Positions 50,264 to 63,895 of a stretch of 64,000 nt of DNA are shown piece after piece (the stretch's first letter is position 1; every line of letters starts with the position of its first letter). The stretch comes from Candidatus Bathyarchaeia archaeon (lineage in GTDB: Archaea > Thermoproteota > Bathyarchaeia > Bathyarchaeales > DTEX01). Under the pieces are notes generated by a model. It was not told the DNA's origin, searched no databases, and saw only the letters and a program-made list of their open reading frames with translations. Made by a program: the position numbers and the translations under genes. The stretch is taken from positions 7,375-71,374 of the forward strand of contig JAWBXB010000002.1 in the NCBI GenBank assembly GCA_038868075.1, given 5' to 3'.

Positions 50264-50980
50264 GTGTCAGGATTGGTTTTACCGGCAAAGATATTTGAGA
50301 TTAAAGAGGATGTCAATCTATTCTTTGTTACGCAGAAGCTTAGGTATTTTCGAGAAGAAGAATCATACGTAACCATTAATGGTGAGACAATAAAACTTGT
50401 CTCTGAGGTTTCGGATCTGAAGTTTGAGGGCGACATTATTTCAGGGATATTTAGTAGAGATTTTGTTCGGAGCAGAGTTTATAGACGTAAAATTATTGAG
50501 ACACCGGTCACCGAAGAATCGCCTTTCTGGATTAAAAAGTTCAATAATAGATTCTTTTTAATAGTTTTAGCGCCATCAACGGCGCGGGGCTTAAAGAAAC
50601 TGCTCACAAACTATGTTGCAAACAAATTTAGTAAGATTCTCTTTATAAAACCCAATGTAATACTTGAAGTTGAAATTCCTCATGAAAGGCTTAAAAGCCT
50701 TCATGAATCGAATCCTCAAGCAACCAAATTAATATGGTTTGATAATGTTGATATACCCGGTATTGAAAAATTATGTTTGGCTGGATCCGATCTTGCTGAT
50801 ACAAGTCTTTACCAAGAGTATCTTAAACACGGAAAAATATGGTATGTTGTATTCGAAGTCCAGAAAAGAGGTATTGTTGTTGGCGTAACAAGAAACTGTG
50901 TTATAACGCTCTTTAGTAAAAGTTCGGTTGAAGACTTCATAAATTATATAATGGGTGACATATTGCCATTAATAAAATAA
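50264..50980 (+). CDS. hypothetical protein
   Basis: 238-aa ORF with a GTG start, no motif and no TM segment. Confidence 0.4.
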   Translation: MSGLVLPAKIFEIKEDVNLFFVTQKLRYFREEESYVTINGETIKLVSEVSDLKFEGDIISGIFSRDFVRSRVYRRKIIETPVTEESPFWIKKFNNRFFLIVLAPSTARGLKKLLTNYVANKFSKILFIKPNVILEVEIPHERLKSLHESNPQATKLIWFDNVDIPGIEKLCLAGSDLADTSLYQEYLKHGKIWYVVFEVQKRGIVVGVTRNCVITLFSKSSVEDFINYIMGDILPLIK

Positions 50981-51015
50981 AAATGTGTTGCTTAAGTGTT
51001 GATGGTCTGTTTCTT

Positions 51016-53574
51016 TTAATCTATCTTTAGCTTGATGCTTACACTAATCTTTTCTTTAAAGGCTGGCGCTTCTATTTTAACAACTTCTGAAGGATCGCTC
51101 ACCGTAATCGTTTTCTCAAATCCTTCATCAGTAGATACGCTATAGTTTCCTGCTTCTAAACCCTTTAGCATTATCGTGAAGCTATTTACGCTGTAGTGCG
51201 CTTTTGACACTGCCAAGTTAATCCATTTACTCCCCTTGTTCACTTCAAGCTTGTCTATGTGCGATTTGAGAACAAAAACTTTCAAGTTTAACGGAACAAT
51301 ATACACTCGCACGCGAATTCCGTCAGCTGGTTCTACAATATACGTGCCATCTTTTTCTTCAACCCTACAGCCGTAACCTATTAAACCAAAATCCTTATCC
51401 TTAACCACATAACTTTTCAGTATGGAGAGCGCCGGGTAAAGACCTATGCCGTACTCATTAGACCATGCTGGGTTAAAATAGGAGCCTGGTGATCCATCTG
51501 GTGACCAATTAGGACCAGTACATGCTTCTCCGCTTGAAAGTATTTGACTGAAATATGCTAGAATTCCAGCATAACCTACTTCTAATAATAGGGGTTTTTC
51601 AGGATTCTCATCATATGCATCTAATAGGCACATTGCGTTCTGGGCTGTTGTATAAACGCCTAATGATTTTATGTCGCATCCACGCCACCACCATATGGGT
51701 TGCTGGTGTAGAGTTGCTAAGAGAACCTTAATCGCATCTTCAACCAAATCCATTTTACCCTTATATTTGCGGATAAAATATGTAAACTCGTAGCCAGTTG
51801 TGTCAAATGCGAACTCCGACCTATAAGTATATCTTGTTCCTAGGAAAAAGGCCGCGCCTGAATCAACTTTCTCAAGGAGAGCATTATACTCGTTTACTAG
51901 CCCCTCATTTTTTAAATCGTCAAGAATATTGATAAGGTTCCATTGCCCTATATGCCCTATATTCCTCCACCAGCGAGGAACAATCTCATCTGAATAAAAC
52001 GCAATAGCCGTATTGTAGGCGAGAAGCAGATAATCTTTAGGCGTTTTTCTCGTTAAGCCATAAAGTTTAGCAATTTTATACATGCTATGGTATATGTTAA
52101 ACACATGTGGATAATTGAATGATCTATCAACGCCTGGCTTTGGATCATCCCATATCCAACGTTTAATCGCGTATGTCTCTGGATCCTGAAGTTTACCATA
52201 CAGAAAATTCCATATATAATCGTCTAGAGCTCTTATCTCATCATTATTCGGGTGGTAGACATTCTTTTCCGCCAAAAATAATGGTTCAGCAAAACCTATC
52301 TCGTCACTGCAACCATTCATCCAAGATTTTGGGGGACGAGGCCATCCTGGACCGAAATCCACGAGTGGGGGAGCTGTATCCAAAATTCTCTTATTCTCGC
52401 TATCCCACATTAGGAAGGCATACCGCCTTATATCATTTGGGTCAGTTATTCTCTGGAATGCCATTATGAAAGCCGCTCGCCTATCAATTAAGGTCTCTAG
52501 GTCTTCTATGGAGTAAAAGGGAATATTGAGCCACTCATCTCCATAAATAACTCTTAAGACGCGCTGTCCCCTCTTTTTAAATCTCAGTTTTAATATGCGT
52601 TCTCCATAACCACTTTTTATCTCGGTAATTTCAGTCCATTTATCAGATGTCACTTGACTTATGGGCTTCTTACACTTTAGGGCTACATATGTCTCAAGAT
52701 TTTGGGGGACGACCATGCTTGGAGCTATTTTAATAGCAACTTTCCCTATTTCATACATCTTCTCATTTATTTCCTCATATCCGTTAACCCAGTAAAACTT
52801 GATAGTGAAAGTTTTAGTCTCCCCAGGACCTAAAATAAATGAGTGCAATCCATTAAACCATTCATTCCACTTTCTCTCACCAGCCCTAGCCTTTGAGAAG
52901 AGGAAGAGTGTTGGTGGAGGCTGCCCCATCATTCCCAGATTCCATTGCCCAGTTATGGCTTCAAAAGATGTGTTTTCACCTGGAACCATTAATAGGAATG
53001 GCGGGTTGCCATTAGGTCGTGTAAAATAAATATAGGATGTATGACCAGCAGTGAAGGGATGTATTAAGACACGATCCTCATATGAGTGCGGGCTCCTGCA
53101 TTGGATATTGAATATTAGGGGGATTGAGACTTCTCCAACCTCAATACGGTAGGGAGAATGATTGATAAACGTTAGTTCCCAAACAAAACTTTTGTCTTCC
53201 GGATCTAAGCGAAACACTTCACTCAATTCATAAATATTGAATCCGCCAGCATCAGCCTCAGCGTCATAATATGAAACAGTTACTTGATTCCTATTACACT
53301 TGATTCTTATTCCCCTATCAGTAGAATGATGATAGCTTGTGTTTGCTTCCAGCCATTTCGCCTCTCTTAAATCATATTCCCTAAGGATCCTATACTTGGT
53401 ATTAACGCTGCCAAGCCATGGACCTTTAGGCGGCACAACAAAACTGTTATTTTGCTCATTGCCGGCAAAGTTTGTTCCATACTTATCCTTCGGATTAATT
53501 ATTTCCCTTATTACACCATAATCTTCATTCACTGTTATAATGAAGTGCTCACTCTCCATTTTCCGTAAAACCAT
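51016..53574 (-). CDS. large cytoplasmic hypothetical protein, possibly glycoside-hydrolase-like
   Basis: 852 aa with no signal peptide, Trp/Tyr rich. It has an N-terminal beta-rich part, a central helical-repeat-like part and a C-terminal beta-sandwich-like tail. The family was not recognised with confidence. Confidence 0.5.
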   Translation of the reverse strand: MVLRKMESEHFIITVNEDYGVIREIINPKDKYGTNFAGNEQNNSFVVPPKGPWLGSVNTKYRILREYDLREAKWLEANTSYHHSTDRGIRIKCNRNQVTVSYYDAEADAGGFNIYELSEVFRLDPEDKSFVWELTFINHSPYRIEVGEVSIPLIFNIQCRSPHSYEDRVLIHPFTAGHTSYIYFTRPNGNPPFLLMVPGENTSFEAITGQWNLGMMGQPPPTLFLFSKARAGERKWNEWFNGLHSFILGPGETKTFTIKFYWVNGYEEINEKMYEIGKVAIKIAPSMVVPQNLETYVALKCKKPISQVTSDKWTEITEIKSGYGERILKLRFKKRGQRVLRVIYGDEWLNIPFYSIEDLETLIDRRAAFIMAFQRITDPNDIRRYAFLMWDSENKRILDTAPPLVDFGPGWPRPPKSWMNGCSDEIGFAEPLFLAEKNVYHPNNDEIRALDDYIWNFLYGKLQDPETYAIKRWIWDDPKPGVDRSFNYPHVFNIYHSMYKIAKLYGLTRKTPKDYLLLAYNTAIAFYSDEIVPRWWRNIGHIGQWNLINILDDLKNEGLVNEYNALLEKVDSGAAFFLGTRYTYRSEFAFDTTGYEFTYFIRKYKGKMDLVEDAIKVLLATLHQQPIWWWRGCDIKSLGVYTTAQNAMCLLDAYDENPEKPLLLEVGYAGILAYFSQILSSGEACTGPNWSPDGSPGSYFNPAWSNEYGIGLYPALSILKSYVVKDKDFGLIGYGCRVEEKDGTYIVEPADGIRVRVYIVPLNLKVFVLKSHIDKLEVNKGSKWINLAVSKAHYSVNSFTIMLKGLEAGNYSVSTDEGFEKTITVSDPSEVVKIEAPAFKEKISVSIKLKID

Positions 53575-53711
53575 AATGGCACCTTTTTCTAAAAGTATCT
53601 AATTTGACTATTTAAAAATTAGTGAGTTATGCCAATTCTCTCAAAATTTGGATACGTGGGAATCAAAAATTATAAAATATCCTGCAATTTATTTGTTTTA
53701 GGTGATCCATC

Positions 53712-54194
53712 ATGGAGATTAAAGTGGTAAGCATAGATATGCCTAAAGATGTTAATGTTATTCTTGGAATGGCTCACTTTATAAAAACTGTTGAGGACTT
53801 GTATGAGGCGATGGTTAATTCTGTTCCAGGCATAAAATTTGGCTTAGCCTTCTGTGAGAGTAGTGGTGAATGCTTAGTTAGAGTTGATGGAACTGATGAG
53901 GAGCTTAAGAGGGCTGCTGCGGAAAATATGCTCAAGCTTGGTTGCGGGCACTCATTCATAATTTTTATGCGGGGAGCATACCCAATAAACGTGCTTAACG
54001 CCATAAAGAGAGTCCCGGAAGTTTGCACGATATATGCTGCGACAGCTAACCCGCTTCAAGTTATTGTTGCTGAAACTGAGCAAGGTAGGGGCATACTTGG
54101 TGTTATTGATGGATTAAAGCCTAAGGGCATTGAGGATGAAAGGGGAATTGAGTGGCGTAAAAGTCTTCTAAGAAGGTTAGGCTATAAGAGGTAG
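53712..54194 (+). CDS. adenosine-specific kinase-family (PF04008-like) protein
   Basis: 160 aa. The sequence GMAHFIKTVEDLYEAMVNSVPGIKFGLAFCESSG matches my memory of this small archaeal family. This is unverified. Confidence 0.5.
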   Translation: MEIKVVSIDMPKDVNVILGMAHFIKTVEDLYEAMVNSVPGIKFGLAFCESSGECLVRVDGTDEELKRAAAENMLKLGCGHSFIIFMRGAYPINVLNAIKRVPEVCTIYAATANPLQVIVAETEQGRGILGVIDGLKPKGIEDERGIEWRKSLLRRLGYKR

Positions 54195-54195
54195 A

Positions 54196-55011
54196 GTGAA
54201 ACTAATGATTCCAATCATCGAATTAATTGATGTTTGGAAGTCCTATAATGGGACCCAGGCACTTAGGGGATTAAACCTTGAAATTCAAAGAGGCGAAATT
54301 TTTGGACTAATAGGACCTAATGGTGCTGGGAAAACAACGACACTTAAGATAATAGTTGGACTTTTGAAGATGGATAGAGGTATAGTTAGAGTTAACGGTG
54401 TGGATATAAGCGAAGAACCGTTTGAATATAAAAAACTCATCGGATACGTGCCTGAATCACCTTCTTTACCCGATTACTTAACCGTTGAAGAGTTTCTCAT
54501 ATATTCTGGGAAAATTAGAAATATTCCGGGTGAACAAATTAGAGAGAAAATAAATTACTTTGTTAAATTGTTTGAGCTGGAAGAAAAGAGAAGAGTGTTG
54601 ATAGTCTCTCTTTCAAGGGGTATGCGGCAGAAGGTAACAATTGCATCGGCACTTATACACGACCCTGACATACTAATTTTGGATGAGCCATTCATTGGCA
54701 TAGACCCGGTGGGACAACATGTTTTAAAGGATTTGTTCATTGAGAGAATTAAAGAGGGTAAGACTATTTTTATATCGACGCATATGCTTGATACAGCCGA
54801 AAGATTATGCAATAGGGTTGCAGTGATATATGGAGGTCAGAATGTTGCTTCAGGAGATTTAAAGAACCTTCAGCAATTATCAAAAACTAGGGAAAACGCA
54901 ACCTTGGAGGAGGTCTTCCTTAAACTTATGGAGGAAGCGAAAGAGCAAATTGTTGAGGAACCTATTGAGAAAAGGAGGAGAGGAATATTCGGTCCTTTGG
55001 GGAGAAGATAG
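54196..55011 (+). CDS. ABC transporter ATP-binding protein (ABC-2 exporter type)
   Basis: 271 aa with GPNGAGKTT, LSRGMRQK and ILILDEP. The start is GTG. Confidence 0.8.
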   Translation: MKLMIPIIELIDVWKSYNGTQALRGLNLEIQRGEIFGLIGPNGAGKTTTLKIIVGLLKMDRGIVRVNGVDISEEPFEYKKLIGYVPESPSLPDYLTVEEFLIYSGKIRNIPGEQIREKINYFVKLFELEEKRRVLIVSLSRGMRQKVTIASALIHDPDILILDEPFIGIDPVGQHVLKDLFIERIKEGKTIFISTHMLDTAERLCNRVAVIYGGQNVASGDLKNLQQLSKTRENATLEEVFLKLMEEAKEQIVEEPIEKRRRGIFGPLGRR

Positions 55012-56571
55012 TTGAGAGTAGGTGTGGTCTTAAACATATATAAATTCAAGGTTAAAGCATTTTTCGGAGCCTTTAGGGCATCTAAAGCCAGCATAGTGCT
55101 ATTGCTTGCTTACGTGATAGGTTTTCTTCCAAGTGTGTTTGGTTTTTCAGTGATGATTACTAATGCTGTTAGGCAAGGTGTGTACTCAGAAATTTACACC
55201 GAGATCATAGCAGCTGCGGCGAGTGGACTTATGGCTTTGGCAATTCTATTAGCTTTGAGGGGTTATACCGTGTTTGAGTACGAACAAAACTTTATCTTCA
55301 CATCACCCATAAAACCTAGGGAATTTCTGATTGCAAGTATATTCACAGATTTAACTTCCTCTCTAGTTTTCGCTAACCCAATATTTATTATTTGTACAAT
55401 TGTAGTTTTATGGCTTAACTTATCGTTCGTATCGGCTTTACTTATATTCTCAGCAATCGTTCTCTTTACATTTTTAATCTTCTTTCTTAAAATATCCCTC
55501 TCAATAATAAAAGCTCTGTATAGAAGATTGTGGGTAAATGCGCTTATTTACATACTTATAGTCATCCTACTGCTTCCAGAAATCAGCTTCTTTACTGATT
55601 TACCGCTAAAATATATCTTAATGCCGTATCCCTCAACATTTCTGGCAAGAATTCTCATCGATGGATTATACAATCGTGTAACTCATCCAATAAATTTCTT
55701 TAGCTTAATTTTATACTTCCTCCTGTTAACTATGCTTTTTGTACTATCTTCAAAAAGAAACTTCTTTCCAGTAACAAAACATGTTCCCTTTGTTTCTCCA
55801 TTTGACACCACGATGAGAGTGCAGACAATAAAAATGGAGAGGAGTATTAAAACATTTTCTAGGATAGGGATCTTCTTTACATTAAATCCTGAATCAAAAT
55901 CCCTACTTAATTTTCTAATGAAAAAGGAAATCATTAGAATGATAAGGGACGGAACTCTCTTCACCGTCATACTAATATACTTAATAACTTCTTTTGTAAC
56001 GGCTGCTGTTAGTGCCCGCCCATCAGAGGGACTTTCGACAGTTCTCTTTCTCACGTTTTTCTTAGGCATATACTCATTAATTGTTCCTCTAACACTCATA
56101 AGTAACTGGAGGTTTTCAGATTTTGAGAATCTTTGGATACCCTTAAGTTCAAGTGCGGATATGCGCATAATAATGAAAGCCATTTTATATGATTTCGTAG
56201 TGACATCTTCAATTGTGCCATCCATATTAATACTGATTTTATCTATAATCTCCAGCATTAACCCATTGTTGCCTCTAACACTTGTAATCTCAACATCACT
56301 TATAGGTTGCTCAGCGACCCTATACGTGATAATTAAATTTCTCGGAAGGAAGAGACGCGGGACGCCATCACTACTTATAGGGTGGGCTTCAATGCTATTT
56401 TCAGCTTTACTTCTAACACCAACATATATATTAGTTGCATTAAGCGGATTTATAGAATTAAACAATATCGTAAACATCCTTTCTTCAGCGCTAATATTAA
56501 TTTACTCAGCCTTAATAATGAGGTACTTCGAGGGGAAAATTGAGAAGAACATAGCCAACATAGAAATCTAG
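55012..56571 (+). CDS. polytopic membrane protein, putative permease partner of the preceding ABC ATPase
   Basis: 519 aa with more than 10 hydrophobic segments. It starts directly after the ATPase stop codon. Confidence 0.6.
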   Translation: MRVGVVLNIYKFKVKAFFGAFRASKASIVLLLAYVIGFLPSVFGFSVMITNAVRQGVYSEIYTEIIAAAASGLMALAILLALRGYTVFEYEQNFIFTSPIKPREFLIASIFTDLTSSLVFANPIFIICTIVVLWLNLSFVSALLIFSAIVLFTFLIFFLKISLSIIKALYRRLWVNALIYILIVILLLPEISFFTDLPLKYILMPYPSTFLARILIDGLYNRVTHPINFFSLILYFLLLTMLFVLSSKRNFFPVTKHVPFVSPFDTTMRVQTIKMERSIKTFSRIGIFFTLNPESKSLLNFLMKKEIIRMIRDGTLFTVILIYLITSFVTAAVSARPSEGLSTVLFLTFFLGIYSLIVPLTLISNWRFSDFENLWIPLSSSADMRIIMKAILYDFVVTSSIVPSILILILSIISSINPLLPLTLVISTSLIGCSATLYVIIKFLGRKRRGTPSLLIGWASMLFSALLLTPTYILVALSGFIELNNIVNILSSALILIYSALIMRYFEGKIEKNIANIEI

Positions 56572-56606
56572 ATAGGCCGATTTTGAAGAATGAATCCTGC
56601 TTTTAA

Positions 56607-59951
<3,345 letters not shown>

Positions 59952-59994
59952 AAGGTTATATATAACGGAGTTATAAAAAATCTTAGAGATTAAA

Positions 59995-60483
59995 ATGGAT
60001 AAATCCTACTTTGCTGAGAGTCTAGAAAGATGCAAGGGATACGGGGAAATATTTGATTTAGTGAAGAAAGCAGTGAAGAAAACAATAGGGCTGCATAGAG
60101 TTGGTTTACTCCTATATCTTGAGAGTTTACCGCCAAATATAGGCGCATATCACCCAGTAGGTTCAAACAGCATAGTCATAAATAGATCACTGGTGAATAT
60201 AATGAGAAGATTTCTCATTTCCAGAAGAGAATTTAACTCCTTAATATTCTCTCTGTTACTTCATGAATATTTACATTCACTAGGCTTTCTTGATGAGAAG
60301 AAAGTTAGGCGGCTTGTTTATGAGATAAGCGTAAAGACCTTTGGAAAGGATCACCCAACAGTTAAAATGGCTTTAGAGCCGCCTTCAATAAATATTATAA
60401 TACCGTATGACTGGAATTATCCAAAGCATGATTTAGAGCTCATAAAAGACTTTGAAAAAATAGATTATCCATACATTACTTGA
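59995..60483 (+). CDS. small hypothetical protein with an HExxH motif
   Basis: 162 aa containing LLLHEYLHSLG. Confidence 0.4.
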   Translation: MDKSYFAESLERCKGYGEIFDLVKKAVKKTIGLHRVGLLLYLESLPPNIGAYHPVGSNSIVINRSLVNIMRRFLISRREFNSLIFSLLLHEYLHSLGFLDEKKVRRLVYEISVKTFGKDHPTVKMALEPPSINIIIPYDWNYPKHDLELIKDFEKIDYPYIT

Positions 60484-60531
60484 TAACGATAAACTTAAGT
60501 TATTCAATGTTTGCAATTATAGTTCTTTTAA

Positions 60532-60813
60532 GTGATAAGTATGAAGATATTCGGCAGAAAGAAGGAAGCAAAAACCGAAGAGACGGTCTACGAAATCTTC
60601 GGTGGTTTCACAATAACAAAAGTACCTGGTGGATATGAGATAGCATGGAGAAGCCCAAATATAACAACGATAAATGTAAGTAGAATGCCTGTAATATCCG
60701 AGGAAGTCCAAGTCGAACAAGAAGGAGATGTAATACGTATCTTAACAACAGAGTGCAAATTAAAACTAATAATGAAGGATGGAGAGATAGAAGCCTACAT
60801 ATCAAAAATTTAG
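60532..60813 (+). CDS. hypothetical small protein
   Basis: 93-aa ORF with no motif. Confidence 0.3.
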   Translation: MISMKIFGRKKEAKTEETVYEIFGGFTITKVPGGYEIAWRSPNITTINVSRMPVISEEVQVEQEGDVIRILTTECKLKLIMKDGEIEAYISKI

Positions 60814-60873
60814 TCTAGATTATTTGGCGTCTTCGCTTAGAACATTGCTCTCCTCCCCTTTTTATAATATTTG

Positions 60874-61608
60874 TCAATCCCATTTTACTATAACGCCATC
60901 CCTATACAATGGCACTACATCATATACATCTATTTGAGAAGAGAATTTTATGTCCTCATTAAAACCTAGATCTATCAATTTTCTTGAATGTTCACTCTTC
61001 GCTAAATTAGCATATAGATTGTTCTTAATATATTCAAATGTTAAAAGTGCTGCTTGGGCTGAATCAGAGATTTTGATTAATTCCTTCGGCAGTCTGCTGA
61101 CTATTGCGCCAGCACATATAAAGTCTTCTAGGGAGAATTTCCCATTAGTGCCTGACTGAACAATAGATATTCCCATGTTTTCAGCGTAAGCTACATTTAT
61201 AGCTTTATTGGCGACAGCTCTTGAGTTTAAAAAGGAACCCACAATAACCCATTTGGCGCTTCTCGAATTCACTAGAGCTTTAGTTCCACTCGTAGTCGTA
61301 AGCACTATTGTCTTACCAAAAATCTTTTCGCGGACATATTCTGGGGGGGAATTTCCTAAGTCAAAACCATTAGGCTTTAAACCACCCCTTTCACCAGCCA
61401 AAAGATAATCTGGGTTTTTAGCACGTATTTTTCTAGCTTCATCCAAGGTTTTCACAGGTATTATTGCTTTAGCACCATTCGCTATAGCCGTCACAATTGT
61501 TGAGGAACATCTTAAGACATCCACAACAATTATTAAATCGCCTCTTTTAACGGCTCTAATAGCGTCTTTAGCTAAAAATTCAATGTTCACATTGATCATC
61601 ATGTTCAA
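60874..61608 (-). CDS. comB: 2-phosphosulfolactate phosphatase-family protein
   Basis: 244 aa with the VVDVLRCSSTIVTA motif and ComB-like length. Confidence 0.7.
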   Translation of the reverse strand: MNMMINVNIEFLAKDAIRAVKRGDLIIVVDVLRCSSTIVTAIANGAKAIIPVKTLDEARKIRAKNPDYLLAGERGGLKPNGFDLGNSPPEYVREKIFGKTIVLTTTSGTKALVNSRSAKWVIVGSFLNSRAVANKAINVAYAENMGISIVQSGTNGKFSLEDFICAGAIVSRLPKELIKISDSAQAALLTFEYIKNNLYANLAKSEHSRKLIDLGFNEDIKFSSQIDVYDVVPLYRDGVIVKWD

Positions 61609-61700
61609 TCAGCCCCGGTCAACTTGTAATGGGAATGATTTTATAAGATGCTTATAATTTGATATTTTTAGGTTTACCGATTAATTAAGTGGTATCATAG

Positions 61701-63164
61701 ATGACTAATGTTAATAATGATGTTAAGATAGGTCTTGAAGTTCATGTTCAATTGACTGGTTTGAAGAGCAAACTCTTTTGTAGCTGTCCATCAGATTATA
61801 GAGGTAAGGAACCTAACACCGTTGTTTGTCCAGTCTGCCTCGGGCTTCCAGGCGCTCTTCCAGTACTAAATAGGAAGGCTGTGGAATACGCTATTATGGC
61901 TGCACTTGCGCTAAACTGTAAAATCTCAGAGAGAATGATATTTTTCCGAAAAAACTACTATTACCCCGATTTGCCTAAGAACTTTCAGATAACTCAATAT
62001 GATAGGGCTGGCGGGGTTCCATTGGCAGTTAATGGCTACTTATATATTGAGGATTACTACGGGGGAGAAAAGAAAATAAATATAAGCAGGGTTCACCTCG
62101 AAGAGGATCCGGGACGCCTAGTACATATTGGACCAATCGATCAATCGCCCTACGCTCTTGTTGATTATAATCGCTCTGGTATAGCTCTCCTTGAAATAGT
62201 AACTGAACCAGACATGAGGTCGCCTAGAGAATCTAGATTATTTCTCCAGAAGCTCAGGAATATTCTTGAACATTTAGGGATATTCAATGGAAGTCTTGAA
62301 GGCTCTATGCGCTGCGACGCGAATATTTCATTAGCTGGTGGAACCAGAGTTGAAATTAAAAATATAACATCGTTTAAGGAGGTTGAGAGAGCACTTAATT
62401 TCGAGATTGTTAGACAGAAGAGTTTGATTGAGAAGGGCATCATGATTAAGCGTGAAACTAGACATTGGGATGAAGTTCGTAGAATAACAGTTTCATTGAG
62501 AACTAAAGAGGAGGAGCAGGATTACCGCTATTTTCCAGAACCGGACTTAGTGCCTGTTGTCATAGATAAGGATCTTATTGAGAAGATTAGGGCTGAGATG
62601 CCTGAGCTCCCCGATGAACGAGCTAAACGCTTCATGATAATGTATGGGCTACCGAAACATGATGCTAAGGTGCTAGTTAGCTCGAAACATATAGCTGACT
62701 TCTTTGAGGAGTGCGTCAAATTATATAATAAGCCTAAAGAGATCAGTAATTGGATAATGAGCGATATGCTAAGATATTTATACGAAAATAATCTTGAGCT
62801 CTATGAGTCTAAGATAACACCCCATATGCTTGTTGAGATGATACGTCTGATATATGAAGGCGTTATAAGTGGGAAGATAGCTAAGAGAATTCTTCCAATA
62901 ATGATAGTTTCTGGAAAAGATCCGCGCAGAATAATTGAAGAGGAGGAACTAACGAAAATATCTGATAGAAATATTTTGGATAAGATTGCTGAGAGAGTTT
63001 TTGAGGAGAACCCGAAAGCTGTTCAGGATGCACTTATAGATGAGAAAGCCGTACACTATCTTATAGGTCAATTAATGAAATTAACTAGAGGTAAAGCTGA
63101 TCCAATACTTGCAAATAAAATAATTAGGGAAAAATTAGAGAAGATTAGGTTAATAGGCGGATGA
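61701..63164 (+). CDS. gatB: Asp-tRNA(Asn)/Glu-tRNA(Gln) amidotransferase subunit B
   Basis: 487 aa with GLEVHVQL, KLFC.C, VCPVCLG.PG.LPV.N and a C-terminal YqeY-like tail. Confidence 0.85.
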   Translation: MTNVNNDVKIGLEVHVQLTGLKSKLFCSCPSDYRGKEPNTVVCPVCLGLPGALPVLNRKAVEYAIMAALALNCKISERMIFFRKNYYYPDLPKNFQITQYDRAGGVPLAVNGYLYIEDYYGGEKKINISRVHLEEDPGRLVHIGPIDQSPYALVDYNRSGIALLEIVTEPDMRSPRESRLFLQKLRNILEHLGIFNGSLEGSMRCDANISLAGGTRVEIKNITSFKEVERALNFEIVRQKSLIEKGIMIKRETRHWDEVRRITVSLRTKEEEQDYRYFPEPDLVPVVIDKDLIEKIRAEMPELPDERAKRFMIMYGLPKHDAKVLVSSKHIADFFEECVKLYNKPKEISNWIMSDMLRYLYENNLELYESKITPHMLVEMIRLIYEGVISGKIAKRILPIMIVSGKDPRRIIEEEELTKISDRNILDKIAERVFEENPKAVQDALIDEKAVHYLIGQLMKLTRGKADPILANKIIREKLEKIRLIGG

Positions 63165-63184
63165 TTATTTCCGGCAATATAATT

Positions 63185-63862
63185 TCAAATTGTTTTTTCG
63201 ATTCCTAATCTGAGCATTCTCCTCAAAAATCTACATATGTTAAAAGCAGCTTCCTGATCAGCAACTATATCTGAAACCGGGGTTAAAAGGCATATTCCCT
63301 TAATTCCACGGATCTTTGCAAGCCCTAAAAGTAGCCCTGACATACCAATAATTCTTCCGCCAGCATAAATTTTTGCACCAAATGAAGCGTATTCTGAGAC
63401 AATATTTTTTGAGGTTCCAGCTATATATATCGTTCTTTGGGGGAGTGTTGCTGGAAAACCATCGATAACAATGATAAGCTCGCAACCCATTTCATCTATG
63501 AAATCCAGTACGTCGCCGCAGACCTCATAGTATGCTGGAATATCATCTACTAATGGTTGAGCATCACCTTTGAGTAACACAAAGTCAACTCCCACTTTTG
63601 ATACAAAGAAACTGTATTTTAATAGGTTGCATATTCCATCTGGATCAACAGTTGTATAATCTGGAAGAGCTGGTGAATAGAGTTCTGCGAATAACTTGGC
63701 ATCTAAAGATTCTACTAAAAGTTTAGTGGATATTACACCGACGTTCCCTGCACCCGGGAAACCAGCTATTACAATTGGGTTTTTGAGTTCTGGCTTGAAA
63801 AGCATTTTTATGTACGGTTTATCCAAGATTCTCATCCTAATAAAATCCTTTAAAAACGCCAT
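63185..63862 (-). CDS. PAC2-family protein (archaeal proteasome-assembly-chaperone-like)
   Basis: 225 aa. The motif PIVIAGFPGAGNVGVIS and overall length are typical of COG1938/PAC2. Confidence 0.65.
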   Translation of the reverse strand: MAFLKDFIRMRILDKPYIKMLFKPELKNPIVIAGFPGAGNVGVISTKLLVESLDAKLFAELYSPALPDYTTVDPDGICNLLKYSFFVSKVGVDFVLLKGDAQPLVDDIPAYYEVCGDVLDFIDEMGCELIIVIDGFPATLPQRTIYIAGTSKNIVSEYASFGAKIYAGGRIIGMSGLLLGLAKIRGIKGICLLTPVSDIVADQEAAFNICRFLRRMLRLGIEKTI

Positions 63863-63895
63863 ATATTTAGTTGTCGCCCTAAAAGAACATTATAA

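Noticed and set aside
55683-56477. 264-aa minus-strand ORF antisense to the 519-aa membrane protein gene
   Set aside because: The plus-strand ORF is contiguous with the ABC ATPase gene and has regular TM periodicity. The antisense ORF is a by-product of AT-rich codon bias.
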